A stretch of 64,000 bases of DNA from an uncultured Chloroflexia bacterium (GTDB lineage Bacteria > Chloroflexota > Limnocylindria > Limnocylindrales > CSP1-4). The translations under genes were made by a program, and so were the position numbers. The notes under the pieces are model-generated. The model saw nothing but the letters and a program-made list of their open reading frames with translations, did no database searches and was not told the DNA's origin. Shown here in pieces: positions 8,838-18,806 of the stretch (the stretch's first letter is position 1; each line of letters opens with the position of its first letter). The stretch covers positions 1,898,692 to 1,962,691 of the forward strand of contig CAVSXG010000002.1 of NCBI GenBank assembly GCA_963731865.1, in the 5' to 3' direction.

Positions 8838-8880
8838 CATGAGTGTCACCGCGAGCGTGCCATGCTCGTGAACCTCTCAC
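8838..8880 (+). repeat. Copy 1 of a dispersed 43-bp imperfect-palindrome intergenic element.
   Basis: CATGAGTGTCACCGCGAGCGTGCCATGCTCGTGAACCTCTCAC. 38 of 43 positions are identical to the copy at 45320-45362. Confidence 0.7.
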
Positions 8881-8923
8881 AGCGCAACTGTGCGCGGCGA
8901 GCTTCGACGGGCCGACGGACCCG

Positions 8924-9823
8924 TTAGCCCGTGGGCATGCTTGCGGAGAGCGACCGCAGGATCGCCCGCGCAGTCGCTTCCGGGTGCGTCCGCTGGGGCG
9001 AGTGCGGAGCGTTCGCGATCGTGATGACCCGATCGGGTCCGAGCAGCTCGCGAAACTCGGCCGCTGCCGCATCAGGGACGAGCCCGCCGGCCGAGGGTTC
9101 TCCGCGAATCAGCCAGACGGAAATGGCCCGCGCCAACGGGTGCCGCAAGGCCGCCAGCCCGGCGTCCCATGGGCCGTTCTCGACAAGCATGGCGCGGACC
9201 GCGTCGACGTTGTACTGCGTCAGGCCACGCGCTTTGGCCAAAACGTCGCCGTCCGACCAGGAAGGATTGACCGCCCTGATCGCATTCGCGGCGTTCTCCA
9301 CGGAGTCGTAATGCCGCTCGGTCGGCTCCAGCGTCAAGGCTGCAAGTTCATCGAGCGCGAGCCACGGCGGGTCGAGGAGAAGGAGCGGTGCTGGTCGGAT
9401 ACCGACCTGCGGCAGGTGCGCGGTGACCATCCCACCCCACGAGTGACCGACCACAGCCAGCATCGGGTGCGCCAGGTCCGCGTGCGCGATGAAACCGGCC
9501 AGCTCCCCCGCGGTCTCGATGAGTCGGTGACGGCCGCTCCACGCGGCAGCCGGGCCGTGTCCGGGCATGTCGACTGCCACGGCCAGCCGTCCGGCTGCGC
9601 CGAGCCCCGGTCCGACGCGCCACCAGGCATCCGCATTCGAGGTGATCCCATGGACGAGAAGCAGCGGCGGGTCGGCCGGCTTGCCCCAGGACAGGAAGCG
9701 CCAGCGCTGGCCACCCGCGTCGATGGCGCCCTCCTCGCCTGGCGCTGGTGACGCAAGCGCGTTGGCCACCTGCACGGGGAGGTCTTGGGCCGTCGTCGCG
9801 GCGAGCCCTTCGGTGGGCCGCAT
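8924..9823 (-). CDS. Alpha/beta-fold hydrolase.
   Basis: PPLLLVHGITSNADAWWRVGP... and the nucleophile elbow VVGHSWGGMV. 299 aa. Confidence 0.85.
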   Translation of the reverse strand: MRPTEGLAATTAQDLPVQVANALASPAPGEEGAIDAGGQRWRFLSWGKPADPPLLLVHGITSNADAWWRVGPGLGAAGRLAVAVDMPGHGPAAAWSGRHRLIETAGELAGFIAHADLAHPMLAVVGHSWGGMVTAHLPQVGIRPAPLLLLDPPWLALDELAALTLEPTERHYDSVENAANAIRAVNPSWSDGDVLAKARGLTQYNVDAVRAMLVENGPWDAGLAALRHPLARAISVWLIRGEPSAGGLVPDAAAAEFRELLGPDRVITIANAPHSPQRTHPEATARAILRSLSASMPTG

Positions 9824-9889
9824 AAGCTGACTCTAGCGCGAACGCGCGTCCGGCCGCCAGGCGAGACGACCAGCTTGAAGGAGGAAAGC

Positions 9890-10276
9890 ATGCCGCGGCG
9901 TCGCATCAGCTCAGGCTCTCCGTACGAAGCGTCAGTCGGCTGCAGTCGAGCGGTCGTAGTCGGGGATCGGATTGTGACATCGGGCACGGCGCCGATCTGG
10001 CCAGACGGGAGCTGCGACCCGGACGTCACCGTTCAGACGCGACGTTGCCTCGAGATCATCCTCGCCGCACTGGCCCAAGGCGGCGCCACTGCCGGAGATG
10101 TCATCCGAACACGCATGTACCTGGCTGACGCGAGGGACGCCGACGCGGTCTCGCGCGTCCACGGTGAGGTCTTCGGATCAATCCGGCCGGCCACGACGAT
10201 GGTCGTTGTGGCTGCGCTGGTCGATCCGCGCTGGCGGCTGGAGATCGAGGCTGAGGCGATCGTCGGCTCCGCCTGA
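9890..10276 (+). CDS. RidA/YjgF-family (Rid) protein.
   Basis: GAAGGAGGA RBS, then MPRRRISSGSPYEASVGCSRAVVVGDRIVTSGTAP...TRMYLADARDADAVSRVHGEVFGSIRPATTMVVVAALVDPRWRLEIEAEA. Confidence 0.8.
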   Translation: MPRRRISSGSPYEASVGCSRAVVVGDRIVTSGTAPIWPDGSCDPDVTVQTRRCLEIILAALAQGGATAGDVIRTRMYLADARDADAVSRVHGEVFGSIRPATTMVVVAALVDPRWRLEIEAEAIVGSA

Positions 10277-10330
10277 TCTCGGCGAGCCGATGATGTTGGT
10301 GGATCCTGGGCTGATGACCACGTCACGGAA

Positions 10331-10375
10331 CATGCCCACCGCGCATCTTTGGCGACATGCTCGTGAACCCCTGAC
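10331..10375 (+). repeat. Copy 3 (more diverged) of the dispersed palindromic intergenic element.
   Basis: CATGCCCACCGCGCATCTTTGGCGACATGCTCGTGAACCCCTGAC. It shares CATG..CACCGCG..G(A/C)CATGCTCGTGAACC(C/T)CT(G/C)AC with copies 1 and 2. Confidence 0.5.
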
Positions 10376-10520
10376 CGATCACGTCATGTGAGCGACTCAT
10401 CACCATGTCGGCCGAAGAACACGAGGATGTCGCGCCAGGGATCCTGTGGTCTACGCCTGCGAACTGCGGCGACCTATCGAAACCCTGCTACCCCCGGCGC
10501 GGTCCGTCATCACGCCCCGC

Positions 10521-10877
10521 TCAGGGGATGGCAAGCACGTTGGTCACGCGGGCGATGCGCCCGTCGGGGGCGAACTCGATGACATCGGTCCCGGCCAATG
10601 ACTCCGGCGGGTCGCCGCCTTCCTGGGACCAGGGGATCGCAAGACGACCAGCGAGCAATCTCGGGGGGCTGGTCTCCCAGACTCGGAAGCCGGGCAGGGC
10701 CTCGTGGGTCGCCGCGATCAGTTCGGCGAATGCGGTACGCCCGACGACGCCATCCGGCACCTCGTCGTCAGCGTAGACGCCGTCCTGCGCCCAGCACTCC
10801 TCGAGGAGGGCCATGGCGTGCTTCGGATCGTTCCAGGCTCGCGAATACAGCTCGTAGACGTCTTCGGGTCGAAGCAT
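10521..10877 (-). CDS. NTF2-like (SnoaL-type) superfamily protein.
   Basis: 118 aa. MLRPEDVYELYSRAWNDPKHAMALLEECWAQDGVYADD... is a typical SnoaL-like N-terminus. Confidence 0.55.
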   Translation of the reverse strand: MLRPEDVYELYSRAWNDPKHAMALLEECWAQDGVYADDEVPDGVVGRTAFAELIAATHEALPGFRVWETSPPRLLAGRLAIPWSQEGGDPPESLAGTDVIEFAPDGRIARVTNVLAIP

Positions 10878-10880
10878 CGG

Positions 10881-11258
10881 TCAGCCTCCGGGATGTGCGT
10901 AGAACGTCTTGTGGACGATGCGCCAAGCGTCGTCGATCCGGACCATGGACAGGTCGTCGCTGTACCACACGCCGGCGAACTGGCCGCCGAGCCTGACCAG
11001 GGCGGTGTCGCCTTCGAACGAGAGGCCATCGATGCGCCATTCGTGCGGTCCTGCTTGCGCGACCAGCTTCTTGCATTCGGCGACAAATTCGTCGAGGGTC
11101 GACCAGGACAACTCGCCCTGCTCGTTGCCGACGATGCAGGCGCGCGGATGGAACGCGCGGGTGAGCTTCGCCTCGTCGCCCTCCATCATCCCGTCGTAGT
11201 AGGTGCGGACGGTCTCGGTCACCGCCGCGATGTCCGCCTCGTTTGTCCGCGTGCTCAT
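10881..11258 (-). CDS. NTF2-like (lumazine-binding/DUF4440-like) superfamily protein.
   Basis: Start refined to MSTRTNEADIAAVTETVRTYYDGMMEGDEAKLTRAFHP...WRIVHKTFYAHPGG. Confidence 0.6.
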   Translation of the reverse strand: MSTRTNEADIAAVTETVRTYYDGMMEGDEAKLTRAFHPRACIVGNEQGELSWSTLDEFVAECKKLVAQAGPHEWRIDGLSFEGDTALVRLGGQFAGVWYSDDLSMVRIDDAWRIVHKTFYAHPGG

Positions 11259-11474
11259 CCACCGCTCCCTTCTCCGCCAAAGGCGGACAACCACCTGACT
11301 TGCCAGGGCTCAATGTTTAGATCGAAATGGGTCGCCACGCGTCTTCCAGCCAAAGTCAGTTCGCGCTCCTAGCTACCGCACACGATCCAGGCGGCCCGGG
11401 TGGCGATCCCCCTTGAAGCGGCCGCCGGCACTCCCTATCGTCCGCCAAATCGTCGTCGCTCGTGGGAGGTTGGC

Positions 11475-11994
11475 ATGGATTGGCAGAACGCGATCTTCGC
11501 GCCAGGGTGGGTTTGGTCGATGCTCAGCCTGGTCCTGGTGGTCGGCACCCTGGTCGGGTTGTACCGCCAGCTCCTGGCGCAGCACACCCAGATGCAGGAG
11601 GACACGAAGCTCCTCCGCAGCCAGGCGCATTACAACGCGTTGACGCTCTCGCAGCGGGCTCGGGAGTTGCTCATCGAGAACGAGGGCTTCGCGCGGGTCA
11701 TCAACGTTGGCTATCGCGACACCCGAAGCGTTGAGCGACGTCGATTGGGCCAGGTGCAGCAGCTACATGTTCCTGCAGATCAAGCGTGGGAGTACCTCTA
11801 CTACCAGCATCGCGATGGTTCGATCCCGACCGAGTACTGGGTCGGCGCCGAGGACTACTACAGGAACATGGTCGCCAGCAGACCGGGGTACGCCCGCTTC
11901 TGGTCGGGCAACAAGTCATCGTTCGACGAACCCTTCCGCTCCTACGCGGCTCCTGGCGTTCACCAAGGAGCCTGCGCCGACACCGGACCGCTAG
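11475..11994 (+). CDS. N-terminally membrane-anchored hypothetical protein. The 3' end is uncertain.
   Basis: GGGAGG RBS, then MDWQNAIFAPGWVWSMLSLVLVVGTLVGLYRQLL... As sequenced, the frame stays open to 12440 through an R/P/G-rich tail and overlaps the well-supported next gene by about 270 nt. A frame slip near 11945 would end it at 11994 (...LLAFTKEPAPTPDR*). Confidence 0.4.
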
Positions 11995-12171
11995 GGGCGG
12001 ACCCTAAGACCGACCGGGCAGCGTCACGCGGATCCACTGGTTGGTGGGACACCCGCTGTCCCGGCGCCGGCCCAAGCGAACGCGGCGACCACCAGCCCGC
12101 CAGCCTGACACCGCCCTCCGCTCCGGCCCGTTGGGATCCCGGCATACGATCGGTCGATGGGAATGGTCTGA

Positions 12172-12615
12172 ATGACCTCGCAGATGAGCAGCTCGATCAC
12201 GATCGCCCGACCGATCGAGGATGTATTCGCCGTCTTGACCAACGTCGAGAACACCGAGAAGTGGTGGCCGTCGACGGTCAAGGAGTGGTGGACCTCGGAG
12301 CCGCCCCACGGACTTGGGTCCACGCGCCATGCCGTCTCCAGGATCGGCCTGTTTCGTTCAGGGAACGATGCCGTGGTCACCGTCTACGAGCCGCCGCGAC
12401 GGGGCGTCATGAAGGGCACCTCGAAGAACGCACCGTTTGAGGCGACACTTAACTTCCTGACGGTCGAGGGAGGAACGAAGGTTGATGTCGTGATCGCGTT
12501 GTTCCTGCGTGGCCCGGCGAGGCTGGTCGGACCGCTGTTCATGCGCTGGTACCGCGGAAACTGGGAACGCGGCATGCTGAAGCTCAAGCTGATGATGGAG
12601 TCGGGCGAGTTGTAG
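12172..12615 (+). CDS. SRPBCC family protein.
   Basis: MTSQMSSSITIARPIEDVFAVLTNVENTEKWWPSTV... 147 aa. Confidence 0.8.
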   Translation: MTSQMSSSITIARPIEDVFAVLTNVENTEKWWPSTVKEWWTSEPPHGLGSTRHAVSRIGLFRSGNDAVVTVYEPPRRGVMKGTSKNAPFEATLNFLTVEGGTKVDVVIALFLRGPARLVGPLFMRWYRGNWERGMLKLKLMMESGEL

Positions 12616-12796
12616 GTGTCGGCTAGGGATGATCCTCAAGGCGGCGCAACCCTGAATCGATCGCCCTTAGCTGCTCAATGGCACCACAGGTTCTCGCGAC
12701 AGAAGCTTTTGGGTAGGGATCAACTGGCGCATACTCCACCCTTCGGCAGCCTCCGCCCAAGTCACGCCGATCGGCTGTCGTAGAGGGAATGGCCCA

Positions 12797-15533
12797 ATGA
12801 GGCGACGGCTCCACGGGCTGATGGCAGCCCTGGTGCTGCTGACCGGAGTGGTCCAACCGGCGACCGGAATGGTCCAGCCGGTGTCCGCGGCGCCACCCGC
12901 GCCGAAGATCACGATCTGTCACTACGACTCCGTGACCGGCACGTACAGCCGGATAACCATCAGTACGACGTCGGAGTCGATGCACCAGGCGCACGGCGAC
13001 GCCCGCCCAGGTCAGCCTGTCCCGCGCCAGCCCGGGTACGTATTCAGCGCCAGCTGTGTGCCCACGCTCCAAGACACGGACAACGACGGCATTCCCGATG
13101 CCAGCGACAACTGCCCGCTCGTAGCCAACAGCAACCAGCTCAACACGGACGGCGACGCCCAGGGCAACGCCTGCGATTCCGACGACGACAACGACACGGT
13201 CGCCGACGGCTCGGACAACTGCCCGCTCGTGGCCAACACCAGCCAGACCAACACCGACGGCGACGCCCAGGGCGACGCGTGCGACACCGACGACGACAAC
13301 GACACGGTCGCCGACGGCTCGGACAACTGCCCGACGTCGCCAACACCAGCCAGGCCAACCGCGATGGCGATGCCTGGGCGATGCCTGCGACAGCGACGAC
13401 GACAACGACGGCAAGGCCGACGGCACCGACAGCTGCCCGATCGGCGACACCGGCTGGACCTCCAACGCCAGCACCGACCGAGACGGCGATGGCTGTCGCG
13501 ACGCGAGCGAGGACACCGACGACGACGGTGACGGCAAGGCCGACGGCAGCGACGCCTGTCCGCCGGCGACATCGGCTGGACCTCCAACGCCAGCACCGAC
13601 CGCGACAGCGACGGCTGCCGCGACTCGACCGAGGACACCGACGACGACAATGACGGCAAGGACCGATGGCAGCGACGCCTGCCCGGCCGGCGACCTCGGC
13701 TGGACCTCCAACGGCATCACCGATCGCGATGGCGACGGCTGTCGCGATGCCGGCGAGGACGCCGACGACGACGGTGACGGCAAGGCCGATGGCAGCGACA
13801 GCCTGTCCGGCCGGGGATCTCGGCTGGACCTCCAACGGCTCGACCGACATTGACGGCGACGGCTGTCGCGATGCCGGCGAGGACACCGACGACGACAACG
13901 ACACGGTCGCCGACGGCTCGGACAACTGCCCGCTCGTGGCCAACACCAGCCAGACCAACACCGACGGCGACGCCCAGGGCGACGCGTGCGACACCGACGA
14001 CGACAACGACACGGTCGCCGACGGCTCGGACAACTGCCCGACGGTCGCCAACACCAGCCAGGCCAACCGCGATGGCGATGCCTTTGGCGATGCCTGCGAC
14101 AGCGACGACGACAACGACGGCAAGGCCGACGGCACTGACAGCTGCCCGATCGGCGACACCGGCTGGACCTCCAACGCCAGCACCGACCGAGACGGCGATG
14201 GCTGTCGCGACTCGACCGAGGACACCGACGACGACGGTGATGGCAAGGCCGATGGCAGCGACGCCTGTCCCGCCGGCGACATCGGTTGGACCTCCAACGC
14301 CAGCACCGATCGCGACAACGACGGCTGCCGCGACTCGACCGAGGACGCCGACGACGACGGTGATGGCAAGACCGATGGCAGCGACGCCTGTCCCGCCGGC
14401 GAGCTGGGCTGGACCTCCAACGGCGTCACCGATCGCGATGGCGATGGCTGTCGCGATGCCGGCGAGGACACCGACGACGACAGTGACGGCAAGGCCGATG
14501 GCAGCGACAGCCTGTCCGGCCGGGGATCTCGGCTGGACCTCCAACGGCTCGACCGACATTGATGGCGACGGCTGTCGCGATGCCGGCGAGGACACCGACG
14601 ACGACAACGACACGGTCGCCGACGGCTCGGACAACTGCCCGCTCGTGGCCAACACCAGCCAGACCAACACCGACGGCGACGCCCAGGGCGACGCGTGCGA
14701 CACCGACGACGACAACGACACGGTCGCCGACGGCTCGGACAACTGCCCGACGGTCGCCAACATCCAGCCAGGCCAACCGCGATGGCGATGCCTTTGGCGA
14801 TGCCTGCGACAGCGACGACGACAACGACGGCAAGGCCGACGGCACTGACAGCTGCCCGATCGGCGACACCGGCTGGACCTCCAACGCCAGCACCGACCGA
14901 GACGGCGATGGCTGTCGCGACTCGACCGAGGACACCGACGACGACGGTGATGGCAAGGCCGATGGCAGCGACGCCTGTCCCGCCGGCGACATCGGTTGGA
15001 CCTCCAACGCCAGCACCGATCGCGACAACGACGGCTGCCGCGACTCGACCGAGGACGCCGACGACGACGGTGATGGCAAGACCGATGGCAGCGACGGCTG
15101 TCCCGCCGGCGAGCTGGGCTGGACCTCCAACGGCGTCACCGATCGCGATGGCGATGGCTGTCGCGATGCCGGCGAGGACACCGACGACGACGGTGACGGC
15201 AAGACCGATGGCAGCGACAGCTGTCCGGCCGGGGATCTCGGCTGGACCTCCAACGGCTCGACCGACATCGATGGCGACGGCTGTCGCGATGCCGGCGAGG
15301 ACACCGACGACGACAACGACACGGTCGCCGACGGCTCGGACAACTGCCCGCTCGTGGCCAACACCAGCCAGACGGACCTTGACGAAGATGGGATCGGTGA
15401 TGCCTGCGATCCGTCTGTTGCAGCGGCCGGATCTTTGGGCTTAGTGCTGGCTTACACCCGCGCGGATCCAATCCAGGTAAATAATCACGACCTTCTGGGT
15501 CGACTCAATAGAGCAATCGGAATAGCCGCGTAG
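12797..15533 (+). pseudogene. Secreted, Cys/Asp-rich thrombospondin type-3 (TSP3) calcium-binding-repeat protein of about 910 codons. It is split into at least 4 ORFs by at least 7 single-base indels as sequenced.
   Basis: Signal peptide MRRRLHGLMAALVLLTGVVQPATG. It is followed by dozens of DxDxDGxxDxxDNCP.xxNxxQxDxDGD units (e.g. DTDNDGIPDASDNCPLVANSNQLNTDGDAQGNACDSDDDNDTVADGSDNCP). The correct frame hops at about 13335, 13375, 13560, 13657, 13800, 14510 and 14762. Confidence 0.8.
13184..15372 (+). repeat. Tandem macro-repeat with a canonical unit of 708 bp (236 codons), about 3.1 copies, inside the TSP3-repeat gene.
   Basis: The landmark CCAACGGCT recurs at 13832, 14541 and 15250. Spacing is 709 because each interval carries one extra base. 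Copies 13891-14599 and 14600-15308 differ at only a handful of positions. The first copy (13184-13890) is more diverged. Confidence 0.9.
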
Positions 15534-15761
15534 GCGGATCCGCGCCGAAAGCCGCACTGCGATGGCGCTAGCGGGACGGGCTGGCCAGGTCGTACACTCG
15601 GGTCGGCGTTTCCCACGCCCGACTTCCAGACCGGATCCCCACGCGACCCGGCGATGCGGAGGTAAAGGGGATCCGGATCCTCGGGACGACCGGTCTGATC
15701 ATCCGATCGGCTGGCGCTGTGTAGCGTGGGAGCGCGCGCCGGCCGTGACGGAGATCGACCG

Positions 15762-17101
15762 ATGACCACCCGCAAGGGATTCAAGCGGCTCGTCCGCGCT
15801 CGCGCCGAGAAGACCGGCGAACGCTATGCCACCGCTCGCCGCGTCCTCCTCGGAGAAACCGGACCGAGCAGTCCTCCATCGTCCGACGACCGGCGGACCG
15901 GCCGGCCGGGCATCCACCCCGATACGGCCTCGATGGCCACTGTGCTGGCGGCCCGGGGCGTCGTTTCGCCGAGCACCGATCGGCCAATCAGCGAGGCGCT
16001 CCTGCTCGTCGCCGGTGGCGGGCTCGGAGCCGGCTACATTCTCTGGGAGTTCGAGTCCCGGAATCGCCCGGTCCTGACCCTCGGCTTCCGGAACCAGTGG
16101 CAGTACCCGGCGATCCCGGGCTGGTTCGGCAAGACCACCGAACGGCTGGGCGTGCCCGCCGTCCTCCACGAGACGAGCGGAGCCAAGGCAGCCCGCGAAG
16201 CGCTCGAAGCGACTCTCGGCGATGGCAGCCCGGTGATCGCGACCGTCGACCAGCAGACGATGGGCCTTTGGGGCCTGCCGCCCGAGCTGTCGGGCTACGC
16301 CGGTTATCCGGTCGTCGTCACCGGCAGGACCGACGACGGCGCGTACCTGGTTGACGATCGCGGCACATTGCCGTTTGTCGTCCCGGCCGACGTGATGGCC
16401 GCGGCTCGGGGCCGCGTCGGCTCGTATCGCAATCGGCTCATCGAGCTTCGACCGACCCCTGGACCGCTCCCGGCCGACCGACTCCGCGATGCCCTGCTGG
16501 CGGGCCTTGCCGACCAGGTCGACCACCTGTCGTCTGGCTCCGATTCGTTCTCCCTTCCAGCCTGGCGAAAGTGGAGCCGGCTCATGACCGACCGCCGGAA
16601 CGCCAAAGGATGGCCACGGGTCTTCGCCGCCGGTCGCGGCCTGTTCGACGCGCTCATCTCGATGGTCGAGCTGGTCGACGACGGCGTTGGTGCGTGGGGC
16701 GGTCACCTCCGCGACCTGTATGCCGACGGCCTCGAGGAGGCCGCCGCCATCCTCGACCGGCCGGCCCTCCGGGAGGCGGCTGGATCGTGGCGCGCCAGCG
16801 CGGACCTGTGGCAGGAGCTCGCCGACGCGGCCGTCCCGACTGCGGTCGATGGCGCCGCCGACGCGGTCGAGCTGGCCGAGGAGCTGCACGACGCCGTGAT
16901 GCGCGGCGAGCCCGGCAGAGCCCAGGCGCGCAGCGGCGGCCGCCGGCCTGTGGGAGATCCGCGATCGGTATGCCGACGAGTGGCCCTTGGCCGAGGACGA
17001 GACCGACGCCCTGCATGGCCGATCTCGGACGGCGTCTCGCGGCAATCCATGCCGCCGAGCAGATGGCCCTCGGCGCGACGCGCCGGGCGATCGGGGGCTA
17101 G
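15762..17101 (+). pseudogene. BtrH-N-like/DUF4872-like protein (tentative family). The C-terminal region is frameshifted twice as sequenced.
   Basis: MTTRKGFKRLVRARAEKTGERYATARRVL... then a roughly 330-aa globular region. After about 16925 the sensible frame changes (…LWEIRDRYADEWPLAEDETDAL) and changes again at about 17010 (MADLGRRLAAIHAAEQMALGATRRAIGG*, stop at 17101). Confidence 0.45.
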
Positions 17102-17138
17102 GAGGTCGTCGATCCCCTCCCGCTCGGCGTGTGGCTCG

Positions 17139-18104
17139 TCAGGCCTCGGGCTGCGATAGCCACCGTTCGTACCTGGACTCGAAGAGGGATGGCACGCCAC
17201 CGGTCGCGACGAAGACGATCGCCTTGGCCTGCAGTTCGGACTGCGGCAGCGCGACCAGTCCAGCCATCGCCTTGCCCGAATACACGGGATCGAGAAGCAG
17301 CCCTTCGGTACGGGCGGCAAGCCGCGTCGCGTCGAGACACGCGCTGGTCATTGCCCCATATCCGTCCCCGATCTGATCACCGACAAGCCGGGGCTCGCCG
17401 GAGGGTCGGGGGAGGTGGAGGAGTTCTGCCACCGCAATCGTCAGGGTTCGGATGGCACTCGCCGGGTCGGCCAATGCGCCAACGTCGATGCCGAGGACCC
17501 GATCATGACCGAGGCGTGCGGCCAGACCGGCTTGGGTCCCACCTGAACCCGTTGCCGTGATCACGAGCACATCGTCGTGACCGAGATCGGCGGTGATCTC
17601 CTCGGCCGCGATGGCATAGGCGCTTGCTCCCAACGGCGACGAGCCGCCGACGGGAATGACGTACGGCCTTCGCCCCTCGGCGCGGAGCTCGGCTGCGATG
17701 CGTTCGAGGACCGCGTTGAGGTCGTCCAGCGCAAGCGGTCCAACGAAGCGACGCTCCGCGCCGAACAGGAGGTCAAGTAGTTGGTTCGCCTCTGTCTCCG
17801 AAACCGGATCGCTGTTGAACGCCAGGACGCAACCAATGCCCACCTTGGCGGCAGCCGCCGCGGTCGTTCGAGCGTGATTGCTCTGGAGGCCTCCGGCGGT
17901 GACCAGGACGTCGCATCTGGTCGCGAGGGCATCGGCGACAAGGTGCTCCAGCTTCCGAGTCTTGTTTCCCCCGGTGGCAAGCCCGGTGCAGTCATCTCGC
18001 TTGACCCAGAGTCGGCCGGTCCCGAGCCCAATTGCCGCGCCGAGCCTGTCCGCTTGTTCCAACGGCGTCGGCAGGTGGGCGAGTCCTGGACTAGCGCTTG
18101 TCAA
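17139..18104 (-). CDS. PLP-dependent D-cysteine desulfhydrase / ACC deaminase family enzyme.
   Basis: ...DDCTGLATGGNKTRKLEHLVADALATRCDVLVTAGGLQSNHARTTAAAAAKVG... 321 aa. Confidence 0.85.
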   Translation of the reverse strand: MTSASPGLAHLPTPLEQADRLGAAIGLGTGRLWVKRDDCTGLATGGNKTRKLEHLVADALATRCDVLVTAGGLQSNHARTTAAAAAKVGIGCVLAFNSDPVSETEANQLLDLLFGAERRFVGPLALDDLNAVLERIAAELRAEGRRPYVIPVGGSSPLGASAYAIAAEEITADLGHDDVLVITATGSGGTQAGLAARLGHDRVLGIDVGALADPASAIRTLTIAVAELLHLPRPSGEPRLVGDQIGDGYGAMTSACLDATRLAARTEGLLLDPVYSGKAMAGLVALPQSELQAKAIVFVATGGVPSLFESRYERWLSQPEA

Positions 18105-18763
18105 TTCGATGGCCCGGACGTTGGCTGGATCAGCAACCCTCGCAGCGCTCCGAGTGGATCGGGGATCTCGCCACCGTGCCCGAAGAGCACCCGATCGAAC
18201 TCGAGGCCTGCGATCCGTCGAAGGCTCTCTTCGGCTACACCCGGGTCAGCCGTAAACGGGGCGGGCCCTCGAGACAGGGAGCTCCCCACGGAGCCGATGA
18301 TGTCGCCCGCAAACAGGATCGATCCCTCGTCGAGTACAAAGCTGCAGTGACCGGGCGTGTGACCGGGCGTGTGGAGAACGCGGAGTTCCCGAACTGATCC
18401 GCCGTCCACGAGGCCTTGTAGCTCCCCGTCGAACGGGATTGCGGCCCGATCATCGGCACCAGCCCAGACCCTGGCGTGACTCGCACTCGCAACAACCTCG
18501 GCTAGCCCGCCCACGTGATCGGGGTGGCGGTGGGTCAGCACGACATCACTGATGTCGTCCCATCTGGCGCCAACTCGCGCGAGCCCGGCACCAATGGCGC
18601 CGTGGCTCCCGACGGTCCCGACATCGATCAGGACAACTCCGCTGGCGTGGGTGACCAGGAAGCATCGGACGTCAAAGTCGAGCGGTGCTGGCCCCGCGAC
18701 GCCAGCAGGAAGGTGCACGTCAATCACGATTGGTTCGACGTCGTCGTCATGGGCTGCCAGCAT
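18101..18763 (-). CDS. MBL-fold metallo-hydrolase.
   Basis: LTHRHPDHVGG (HxHxDH) and HTPGHTPGH motifs. 4-nt overlap with the downstream gene. Confidence 0.85.
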   Translation of the reverse strand: MLAAHDDDVEPIVIDVHLPAGVAGPAPLDFDVRCFLVTHASGVVLIDVGTVGSHGAIGAGLARVGARWDDISDVVLTHRHPDHVGGLAEVVASASHARVWAGADDRAAIPFDGELQGLVDGGSVRELRVLHTPGHTPGHCSFVLDEGSILFAGDIIGSVGSSLSRGPAPFTADPGVAEESLRRIAGLEFDRVLFGHGGEIPDPLGALRGLLIQPTSGPSN

Positions 18764-18806
18764 ATCGCCAGCTGATCGTCAATCGCCCTAGGTGCAGCCG
18801 GACGTC

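Noticed and set aside
8871-8880. The GAACC in the conserved tail of the palindromic element as an ECF-sigma -35 box.
   Set aside because: No CGT(T/A)-type -10 lies at the appropriate 16-17 nt spacing in any copy. No gene is positioned downstream in the plus orientation of copies 1 and 2.
11815-11832. A GGTTCGATCCC T-loop-like motif, raising the possibility of a tRNA.
   Set aside because: The flanks do not form T-arm or acceptor stems. The motif lies inside a sensible coding frame (HRDGSIPTEYW).
13797-14515. Programmed ribosomal frameshifting as an explanation for the shared extra C in two TSP3 repeat copies.
   Set aside because: There is no slippery heptamer or downstream structure. At least five other unrelated indels break the same gene, so a single programmed event cannot restore the protein.
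12623-15364. Four large minus-strand ORFs (386, 450, 348 and 312 aa) rich in Ser, Pro and Val.
   Set aside because: They are the mirror image of the Asp/Gly-rich TSP3 repeats (GAC/GGC read as GTC/GCC). Their periodicity simply reflects the plus-strand repeat, and they have no independent start or RBS support.
13184-15372. Whether the regular tandem repeats could be a CRISPR array or a satellite.
   Set aside because: The unit is 708 bp and protein-coding (TSP3 repeats). There is no alternation of short repeats with unique spacers and there are no cas genes.
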